From IMG/VR virus record IMGVR_UViG_3300017755_000056: a DNA stretch of 29,840 bases, one strand, 5' to 3'. The translations under genes and the position numbers were made by a program. Below, piece by piece: positions 6,646 to 12,770 of this stretch. The notes under the pieces were generated by a model. The model saw nothing but the letters and a program-made list of their open reading frames with translations, had not been told where the DNA came from and searched no databases. This DNA comes from a virus. The first letter of the stretch is position 1. Each line of letters begins with the position of its first letter.

Positions 6646-7393
6646 AGCTGAAAAAAAATATAAAAAGCTTTTATTAAAAGTTTTACAAAAAGGAGAAAAA
6701 ACTACAAATAGAACTCCAGTTAAAACAATTAAGTTATTTAATGAGTCGTTAAATATAAATTTACAAAAAGGCTTTCCAATAATTACTAGTAAAAAAATAT
6801 TTTTTACAAAAGCATTAGCTGAATTTAGGTGGATGTATGAGGGACGAACAGATTTACAATATTTAAATAATAATAAAGTAAACTGGTGGAATGAATTTGC
6901 TATAAATAATGCTTTAGGAAAAGTTTATGGATATCAAATAAAAAATTTTAATGGGACATATAATCAAATAGAATATTGCATTAAAGAAATAAAAAACAAT
7001 TCAAGAAGAGCAATAATAACATTGTGGAACCCTTGCGATTTAGATGAACAGGCTTTACCATGTTGCTTTACCCAAATGAATTTTGTAAGAAGTAATAATA
7101 AACTAAATCTTAGTGTTCATTTTAGAAGTTCGGATTTATTTTTAGGGTTGCCTTATGATATAATTGTAGCGGCCCTTTTTTTACACACAATAGCAAATAA
7201 AGTAAACTTAATCCCTTATAAGCTAGGATTAAATTTAGCGGACGGACATATTTATTTAAATCATTTAAAAAATGTAAATATATATTTAAAAAACAAAAGT
7301 TATGCACTTCCTATATTACAAGGAGGATATAACAATTATACTATAAAAAATTATATTTCAGAACAATATTTAAAAACACCTTTAATTAAATAA
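6635..7393 (+). CDS. Thymidylate-synthase-fold pyrimidine C5 methyl/hydroxymethyl-transferase. Asp at the Asn177-equivalent position suggests dCMP specificity.
   Basis: Full-length collinearity with ThyA: NRT, FPIITSKK, AEFRWM, LGKVYGYQ, NNSRRAIITLWN, ALPCCF (Cys144, 7064..7066), HFRSSDLFLGLPYDIIVAAL, DGHIYLNH, C-terminal LKTPLIK. PFN(177)IAS is replaced by PYD(175)IIV (GAT 7157..7159). Confidence 0.8.
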   Translation: MISKAEKKYKKLLLKVLQKGEKTTNRTPVKTIKLFNESLNINLQKGFPIITSKKIFFTKALAEFRWMYEGRTDLQYLNNNKVNWWNEFAINNALGKVYGYQIKNFNGTYNQIEYCIKEIKNNSRRAIITLWNPCDLDEQALPCCFTQMNFVRSNNKLNLSVHFRSSDLFLGLPYDIIVAALFLHTIANKVNLIPYKLGLNLADGHIYLNHLKNVNIYLKNKSYALPILQGGYNNYTIKNYISEQYLKTPLIK

Positions 7394-7397
7394 AATT

Positions 7398-7700
7398 ATG
7401 AATTTAAAAGTAGAATTCCAACCAATTAGAGATTGGGCAGATAGCAAAGGTATTTATGATAGTGGGGACCCGAAAACACAAGTAATAAAATTATTAGAAG
7501 AAGTAGGTGAACTATCTAAAGCAATATTAGAAAAGGATAAAGAGGGCATAGCAGATGCCATCGGGGATAGTGTTATAGTTTTAACTAGTTTAGCCCATTT
7601 ATGTAATATGACAATTGAACAATGTATTGAAGATGCGTATTATGAAATAAAGGATAGACAAGGTGAAATGAAAAATGGAACTTTTATAAAGAACAAATAA
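7398..7700 (+). CDS. MazG-type all-alpha nucleoside-triphosphate pyrophosphohydrolase.
   Basis: LLEEVGELSKAILEKDKEGIADAIGDSVIVLTSLA carries the EExxE...D metal-binding signature of MazG-like NTP-PPases. About 100 aa, the typical phage MazG size. Confidence 0.75.
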   Translation: MNLKVEFQPIRDWADSKGIYDSGDPKTQVIKLLEEVGELSKAILEKDKEGIADAIGDSVIVLTSLAHLCNMTIEQCIEDAYYEIKDRQGEMKNGTFIKNK

Positions 7701-8731
7701 TGAGAATAATAAGAAAAAAAGAAACTTGGAGACATATTACATTTCCTATAGACAAAATAGAATTTTTAAATTGGGCAAAAAAAGGTGTTCAAATTATATT
7801 AGAAGATAATAATAGCTACGATTTTGTAGAAAAAGAAGCAATAAAAGCATTGCATTTAAATATAAACCAATCTTATAATGGGCCCGGCTCCTGTTATATT
7901 GAAGTTCCTGTTATAAAGTCAATATTTATAAAAACGAAAAGAAAAGAAACAATACAGTTATTAAATGGTACTACTTATGATAAAATAGAATTACTTAATA
8001 AAATGTATGATGATTCTTTTTATTATGGAGAATTAGGCAAATATGCTTTAAGTTCTAGTGCAATTAAAAATTTAATAGATTCCCCTAAACAGTATGCGCG
8101 GTCACTAAATTATAAAACTGACACTTCTGTTTTTAAAACAGGAAGATTAATACATTTAGCAGCTTTAGAGCCAGACAAGCTTGAAACCTTATGCCATGTA
8201 GTTGAAGTGCAGTCGGCAGTTACTAAAAAATATAAAGATAAGGTAAAAGAAATTGGGGACGCAAGTTTTATATTTACTAGGAAAGAATATGATAAGGCCA
8301 TGTATACTGTTGATGCGTTATTACAAAATGATGTATGGCAAGAAATGACGCGCGGTGCTAAATTTGAACAGCCGGGATTTGATATAATAAAAGGGTATCC
8401 TTTTCGGGCGAAAGCAGACGTGCTAGGGACAAACTACATAGCTGATTTAAAAACAACTTCGGATTTAAAAAATTTTGAATGGAATGCTAAAAAGTATTCT
8501 TATGATGTGCAATTGTATATATATTGCAATGTGTTTAAAATAGATTACCAAGATTTTAGTTTTTTTGCAATAGATAAAGCAACAGGGGATTTAGGAATTT
8601 ATGATGTTACTAAAAACTTTTTTGATTCTGGTAAACAAAAATTTGAAAGAGGCTTGGAAATATATGAAAAGTTTTTTGTAAAACAAGAAGAGGAATTAAA
8701 CTCTTACGTTATAAAAGGAATTCTTAATTAG
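7700..8731 (+). CDS. PD-(D/E)XK exonuclease (RecE/exonuclease VIII-like PDDEXK domain) with an N-terminal region of about 110 aa of unknown function.
   Basis: FRAKADVLGTNYIADLKTTSDLKNFEWNAKKYSYDVQLYIY gives the D...(D/E)LK...Y..Q..Y pattern of DUF3799/Cas4-RecE-like nucleases. A plausible partner of the Erf annealase. Confidence 0.65.
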   Translation: MRIIRKKETWRHITFPIDKIEFLNWAKKGVQIILEDNNSYDFVEKEAIKALHLNINQSYNGPGSCYIEVPVIKSIFIKTKRKETIQLLNGTTYDKIELLNKMYDDSFYYGELGKYALSSSAIKNLIDSPKQYARSLNYKTDTSVFKTGRLIHLAALEPDKLETLCHVVEVQSAVTKKYKDKVKEIGDASFIFTRKEYDKAMYTVDALLQNDVWQEMTRGAKFEQPGFDIIKGYPFRAKADVLGTNYIADLKTTSDLKNFEWNAKKYSYDVQLYIYCNVFKIDYQDFSFFAIDKATGDLGIYDVTKNFFDSGKQKFERGLEIYEKFFVKQEEELNSYVIKGILN

Positions 8732-8904
8732 TGAATAAACGAATAGTAAAAGAATTTTATTTACTTGCACTTATAGATTTTCAACATGGTGTAAGTATGC
8801 AAGAAATGAAAGAAACGTTAAGAATGTACGAAGATATAGAAGATTATGAAGCGTGTCAAGGAATACAAAAAGCAATAAAAGAATATGAAAATTCAAGAAA
8901 TTAA
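8731..8904 (+). CDS. Possible 57-aa protein (GTG start).
   Basis: Hand-read: VNKRIVKEFYLLALIDFQHGVSMQEMKETLRMYEDIEDYEACQGIQKAIKEYENSRN. The GTG overlaps the upstream TAG by 1 nt and the 3' end overlaps the next gene by 20 nt. The EDYEAC..I.KAI motif is UVR-motif-like. Confidence 0.3.
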   Translation: MNKRIVKEFYLLALIDFQHGVSMQEMKETLRMYEDIEDYEACQGIQKAIKEYENSRN

Positions 8905-9307
8905 AAATTTAATAGAAGAAAAAACTAAACTTAAATTAAATACAAATAGTAGATTACAACATTTAGTTTATACAAGGGCGATATTATTTGCATTGTGTAA
9001 GAAATACACAACGTCAACATTATACGAAATAGGTAAAATAGTAGGACGTGACCATGCTTCCGTATTACACGGAATAAAACTTTACAACGAAGTATTAATA
9101 AGATACGACGACCAATATAAAGAACTATATAACGACATAGAATTTAAAATAAGAATCAACTTAAAACTAACACTTAAACATAAAGACCTAAATTACTACA
9201 AACATAAATTTGGTAAGATATTAGTAGAACATAGACAAGCGTTACTAGAAAACCGAACCTTATATAATTACATAAATAAGAACTTACAAGAAAAGGTAAA
9301 TGTATAA
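8885..9307 (+). CDS. DnaA-domain-IV-like helix-turn-helix DNA-binding protein (replication initiation or regulator candidate).
   Basis: LVYTRAILFALCKKYTTSTLYEIGKIVGRDHASVLHGIKLYNEVL parallels the DnaA C-terminal domain (R.iAMYL.r.lT..Sl..IG..FGgRDHTTVlHA..ki). Confidence 0.6.
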   Translation: MKIQEIKNLIEEKTKLKLNTNSRLQHLVYTRAILFALCKKYTTSTLYEIGKIVGRDHASVLHGIKLYNEVLIRYDDQYKELYNDIEFKIRINLKLTLKHKDLNYYKHKFGKILVEHRQALLENRTLYNYINKNLQEKVNV

Positions 9308-9373
9308 ACCTTTTGTAGATGTCTGAAGTATTTGCATTTATATATATTGTTGGTATTGTTACCTTATTAATAG

Positions 9374-9404
9374 CTTTGTTTTTTAACAAAGAATAGTTTT
9401 TTTT
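9374..9404 (+). terminator. Weak AT-rich hairpin plus T8 (possible terminator between the early and packaging operons).
   Basis: ctttgtt-tttt-aacaaag perfect 7-bp stem (9374..9391), then aatag and T8 (9397..9404). The AT-only stem makes it weak. Confidence 0.35.
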
Positions 9405-9415
9405 ATTGTATATAT
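9403..9415 (+). promoter_or_regulatory. TTATTGTATATAT element (candidate late promoter), 21 nt upstream of the terS-like ATG.
   Basis: The exact 13-mer is also present at 20999..21011 and 23270..23282. It lies in the 129-nt gap before the packaging genes. Confidence 0.45.
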
Positions 9416-9436
9416 GAATAATCAAGTTTTATCAAG

Positions 9437-9667
9437 ATGAAACACGGTGGCAAAAGAAAAGGGGCGGGGCGTAAATCTAAAGCCGACGAAATAAACCTAA
9501 TAGAGAAATTATCGCCATTAGAAGATTCCGCATTCATGGCATTAAAAGACGGTGTTGAAAAAGGCGATTTTAAATACGTACAATTATTTTACAATTACTA
9601 CGCAGGAAAACCAAGGGAAACAAGGGATATTACAATCAACGAGGACATTCCGTTGTTTGTAGATTAG
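9437..9667 (+). CDS. terS: Putative small terminase subunit / DNA-binding protein.
   Basis: N-terminal MKHGGKRKGAGRKSK (the GG.R.GAGRK motif is common in TerS-like proteins). 76 aa, immediately upstream of TerL with a 1-nt gap. Confidence 0.55.
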   Translation: MKHGGKRKGAGRKSKADEINLIEKLSPLEDSAFMALKDGVEKGDFKYVQLFYNYYAGKPRETRDITINEDIPLFVD

Positions 9668-9668
9668 T

Positions 9669-10835
9669 ATGCACGTAAAAAAAACAAAAGCACTTACTAC
9701 ATTACGGCAATTAAAGAACCGAACACGTATAGTACGTGGCGGCACATCAGCGGGTAAGACTATTTGTATTCTTACAATATTAATAGATTATGCAATTATA
9801 AATGAAGGTAAGGAAGTAAGCGTAGTATCCGAAAGCATACCACACTTGCGTAGAGGTGCTTTAAAAGACTTCTTAGGTATCTTAAAGGGTTTGCATAGGT
9901 ATAAGGATAGTCAATTCAATAAAAGCACCTTAAAGTACACCTTTACAAACGGAAGTTATATTGAGTTCTTTAGTACAGACCAACCTGATAAACTAAGAGG
10001 TGCTAGGCGGACCGATATATTTATTAATGAGTGTAACAATATACCCTTTGATTCTTATCAACAATTAGCAATAAGAACATCGGGAAATATATGGTTAGAC
10101 TATAATCCTACTAATTTGTTTTGGGTAGATAAAGAACTAATAGGACAACCCGACACGGATTTTGTTACACTTACTTATAAAGACAACGATAGCTTACCAC
10201 AAAGCATAGTAAAGGAATTACTAAAAGCAAGGGACAAAGGAAAGACATCTACCTATTGGAGGAATTGGTGCCGTGTTTACCTTGATGGGGAAATTGGAAG
10301 TTTAGAGGGGGTGTGTATACCCGATTGGAAAGAAATAGATACAATACCACAAGATGCAAGAATATTATCTTATGGCATGGACTTCGGATATGTTGACCCT
10401 CATGTAATTATTTCACTTTACAAATGGAATGATGCTTATATATTCGATGAAGTGTTTTATAAATCGAATGTAGTGTTAAGGGATGTGAGTTTATTTTTAA
10501 AACAAAACAACATAAAAGAAAATATAATTGCCGATAGTGCTGAACCCAAATCAATAGAAAAATTAAGACGTGATGGACATAATATATACCCATGTGCAAA
10601 AGGTCGTGATAGTGTAAACTTTGGAATCAACCTAATAAATCAAAACGAAATATACATTACGAGTAAAAGCCGAAACCTAAAAAGGGAATTACAAGGATAT
10701 GTGTGGGCAAAGGATAAGGATGGTAACACATTACCAAAACCAAGTGGTGAACATCCCGATTGTATAGATGCTTGTCGATATGTATTAACCGATACACTAG
10801 ATAATCAACATAGGGGCGAATATCATATTTATTAA
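9669..10835 (+). CDS. terL: Terminase large subunit (Terminase_3/PBSX XtmB-like).
   Basis: Walker A VRGGTSAGKT, Walker B-like DIFINECNNI. C-terminal RNaseH-like nuclease acidic residues in MDFGYVDPHV, IIADSAEPKSI and HPDCIDACRYV. Confidence 0.85.
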   Translation: MHVKKTKALTTLRQLKNRTRIVRGGTSAGKTICILTILIDYAIINEGKEVSVVSESIPHLRRGALKDFLGILKGLHRYKDSQFNKSTLKYTFTNGSYIEFFSTDQPDKLRGARRTDIFINECNNIPFDSYQQLAIRTSGNIWLDYNPTNLFWVDKELIGQPDTDFVTLTYKDNDSLPQSIVKELLKARDKGKTSTYWRNWCRVYLDGEIGSLEGVCIPDWKEIDTIPQDARILSYGMDFGYVDPHVIISLYKWNDAYIFDEVFYKSNVVLRDVSLFLKQNNIKENIIADSAEPKSIEKLRRDGHNIYPCAKGRDSVNFGINLINQNEIYITSKSRNLKRELQGYVWAKDKDGNTLPKPSGEHPDCIDACRYVLTDTLDNQHRGEYHIY

Positions 10836-10909
10836 AAATATTTTGTTTATTATTTGTTAATTAAAAAAAAAGTTGTATATTTACATCATAAACATTAAAA
10901 CAATAAAAA

Positions 10910-11047
10910 ATGAAAGAATACAATTTGCTTTACACAAAGTTTCAAAATGGAACAATAACAAAGGCACAACAAAAAAGATTATTTGATTTAGCTTTTGGTG
11001 TAGAATTTATGGAAAATAAAAATCCAAATAAAAAATGGAGAGAATAA
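10910..11047 (+). CDS. Hypothetical 45-aa protein in a terminator-bounded mini-cassette.
   Basis: Hand-read: MKEYNLLYTKFQNGTITKAQQKRLFDLAFGVEFMENKNPNKKWRE. It is followed 8 nt later by a strong terminator. Confidence 0.4.
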   Translation: MKEYNLLYTKFQNGTITKAQQKRLFDLAFGVEFMENKNPNKKWRE

Positions 11048-11055
11048 AAACAAGA

Positions 11056-11077
11056 GGGGTAGCAATACCCCTTTTTT
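11056..11077 (+). terminator. Rho-independent terminator.
   Basis: ggggta-gcaa-tacccc perfect 6-bp stem with a GNRA-type loop, then T6. Confidence 0.8.
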
Positions 11078-11094
11078 AATTTAAAACACAAAAC

Positions 11095-11250
11095 ATGAAA
11101 AAAGACTTTATAATTATTTGGAAAGATATATCCGCAAAGGATAATCGCAAAACAATACTAAAAGTTGCAAAAGACTTTAGTTTATTTCTAATGTGTATAT
11201 ACATAGGTATTTTTGCATTTATTAAGGTATTATTTTGGATATGGTATTAA
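11095..11250 (+). CDS. Small membrane protein, 51 aa.
   Basis: Hand-read: MKKDFIIIWKDISAKDNRKTILKVAKDFSLFLMCIYIGIFAFIKVLFWIWY, with a C-terminal TM segment. It overlaps the next ORF. Confidence 0.45.
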   Translation: MKKDFIIIWKDISAKDNRKTILKVAKDFSLFLMCIYIGIFAFIKVLFWIWY

Positions 11251-11486
11251 ATAAAGAATTTGTAGAACATTATATTAGAAGAAAGTGGTGTTGGGATAAT
11301 AACATATTTATATACCCGCACGTTTTAGAACGCAAAGCTAAATCTAATATTAAAATAGAAATAGACATTGACGGAAACAAGCAGTTAGGCGAAGAAGTAT
11401 ATAAACAAAATAAATCGGGGCAATTAAAATATTCAAAAAAAGTACATGAATTATATGATTATTTGTATATTGCATTAAAGAAATAA
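11241..11486 (+). CDS. Hypothetical protein, 81 aa.
   Basis: Track ORF. ATG 11241 is preferred to the TTG at 11235. No motif recognised. A terminator follows. Confidence 0.55.
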   Translation: MVLNKEFVEHYIRRKWCWDNNIFIYPHVLERKAKSNIKIEIDIDGNKQLGEEVYKQNKSGQLKYSKKVHELYDYLYIALKK

Positions 11487-11511
11487 TTTTTCGTTTGATT
11501 GTTTGGTTAAG

Positions 11512-11537
11512 GGGTAGCAGAGATGTTACCCTTTTTT
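11512..11537 (+). terminator. Rho-independent terminator.
   Basis: gggtagc-agagat-gttaccc stem (7 bp including one G-U), then T6. Confidence 0.7.
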
Positions 11538-11559
11538 GTTATACATAATCTAATAAATT

Positions 11560-11572
11560 TTATTGTATTAAT
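11560..11572 (+). promoter_or_regulatory. TTATTGTATTAAT element abutting ATG 11573 (TATTG-N7-ATG).
   Basis: Read directly. TATTG lies at -12..-8 relative to the ATG, the same spacing as at 18717, 23271 and 26143. A TTTG sits 19 nt upstream of the 8-mer TTTTATTG. Confidence 0.45.
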
Positions 11573-12235
11573 ATGAAAGTAAACATTTACGTACCCGAAA
11601 GCTTATCGGATATTACATTAGAACAATATCAAAAGTTTGCAAAGTTAAACACGGAGGAAAACAGCAACAGTAATTTCCTTTTGCATAAGATGGTAGAGAT
11701 ATTTTGCAACCTTGATTTAAAGGATATTGCAAGAATCAAATTTACGGACGTACAAGCCATTATAAATGACCTTAACGGGATGTTTAATCAAAAGACACCC
11801 CTTATACCCATCTTTAAATTAAAGGGCATAGAATACGGCTTTATACCAAAGCTTGACGATATTAGTTTAGGCGAATATATAGACCTTGATAATACGTTGT
11901 CCGATTGGGAAACAATGCATAAGGCGATGAGTGTTCTTTATAGACCGATTACAATACAAAAGAACCATAGGTATCAAATAGAAGATTACACCAACCAAGA
12001 CAAAGCCGACACGTTTAAAGATATGCCTTTAGATGTTGTCATGGGTAGTCTTGTTTTTTTTTGGAATTTAAGCAACGAATTACTACAAACTACCCTGAAT
12101 TATTTGAGCAAAGAGATGGGGGAGAACCTGACTACGGAGCAACGGCTAATTTTGGAACAAAGTGGGGTTGGTATCAGTCAATTTACGGAATCGCTAAAGG
12201 GGATATTACCAAGTTCGATGAGGTTACCAACTTAA
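11573..12235 (+). CDS. Tail-assembly-chaperone-like protein, zero-frame (G-like) product, 220 aa.
   Basis: Track ORF. Two similar halves (ITLEQYQKFAKL... / ISLGEYIDLDN...HKAMSVLYRPI). It contains a T9 run where the overlapping -1 ORF opens. The chaperone call rests mainly on this G/GT-like architecture. Confidence 0.6.
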   Translation: MKVNIYVPESLSDITLEQYQKFAKLNTEENSNSNFLLHKMVEIFCNLDLKDIARIKFTDVQAIINDLNGMFNQKTPLIPIFKLKGIEYGFIPKLDDISLGEYIDLDNTLSDWETMHKAMSVLYRPITIQKNHRYQIEDYTNQDKADTFKDMPLDVVMGSLVFFWNLSNELLQTTLNYLSKEMGENLTTEQRLILEQSGVGISQFTESLKGILPSSMRLPT

Positions 12236-12315
12236 ACATACATAAGTCTTTGATGTTTTTAGCATTTGAAAAAGAAAAGTTAGAACTAGAAAAAAAACTA
12301 ATTAAAAGGAAATGA
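11573..12315 (+). CDS. Predicted -1 frameshift fusion (GT-like) product, about 247 aa. Frame 0 to 12061, then the -1 frame 12061..12315.
   Basis: The -1 frame has a TAG at 12046..12048 and opens at 12049. The slippery T TTT TTT lies at 12055..12061 in frame 0 (GTT TTT TTT TGG). The -1 ORF (..LEFKQRITTNYPELFEQRDGGEPDYGATANFGTKWGWYQSIYGIAKGDITKFDEV..) ends with an ATGA overlap onto the next gene. Confidence 0.5.
12054..12062 (+). other. T9 homopolymer, candidate -1 programmed ribosomal frameshift slippery site.
   Basis: Read directly: cttg ttttttttt ggaa. The X XXY YYZ heptamer is satisfied in the zero frame. Confidence 0.55.
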
Positions 12316-12770
12316 AAGGGTTTTATAACGTAACGGATAAATTAAAAACAAAACTACAAGAAGAACCTTTTGTTAATACGGTTTCTTTCGGTTCAATAGA
12401 CGATGTTGATTTAGATAAACAAAGCATATTCCCGCTCGCTCATGTGATAGTAAACAACGCTATTGTAGGAACTAAAACAACAACATTTAATATATCTATT
12501 CTTGCAATGGACATAGTTGATATATCTAACGATAAGGTCACCGATGTGTTTGTAGGAAACGACAACGAACAAGACGTATTAAATACACAATTAGCTTTAC
12601 TTACAAGGGTAATAAACGATTTACAAAGGGGAGACTTATATACGGAAATGTATCAAGTGCAATCCGACGTAAGTTGTGAGCCGTTTGTGGATAGGTTCGA
12701 AAACAAACTAGCGGGTTGGACTGCGTCCTTTGATGTAGTAATACAAAACGATATGACAATTTGCGACTAA
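12312..12770 (+). CDS. Virion protein, possible head-tail connector/neck component, 152 aa.
   Basis: Track ORF. ATGA-coupled to the frameshift ORF and TAATG-coupled to the gp10-like gene. The assignment is by position only. Confidence 0.35.
   Translation: MKGFYNVTDKLKTKLQEEPFVNTVSFGSIDDVDLDKQSIFPLAHVIVNNAIVGTKTTTFNISILAMDIVDISNDKVTDVFVGNDNEQDVLNTQLALLTRVINDLQRGDLYTEMYQVQSDVSCEPFVDRFENKLAGWTASFDVVIQNDMTICD

Noticed and set aside
9319-9396. 25-aa hydrophobic micro-ORF (MSEVFAFIYIVGIVTLLIALFFNKE) and the 8-codon ORF starting at ATG 9414 inside the promoter-like element.
   Set aside because: Both are too short to support from sequence alone. The first overlaps the AT-rich hairpin/T-run, and the second is probably a by-product of the TATATATG motif. 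They are only worth revisiting with ribosome-profiling data.
10836-10909. Host-type Bacteroidota promoter (TTTG ... TAnnTTTG) in atattttgtttattatttgttaatt upstream of ORF 10910, and similar attempts in the early intergenic regions (1628..1721, 2412..2440).
   Set aside because: I could not fit both boxes with the expected 19-nt spacing (plus or minus 2) in any of these regions without mismatches. In sequence this AT-rich, partial matches are expected by chance.
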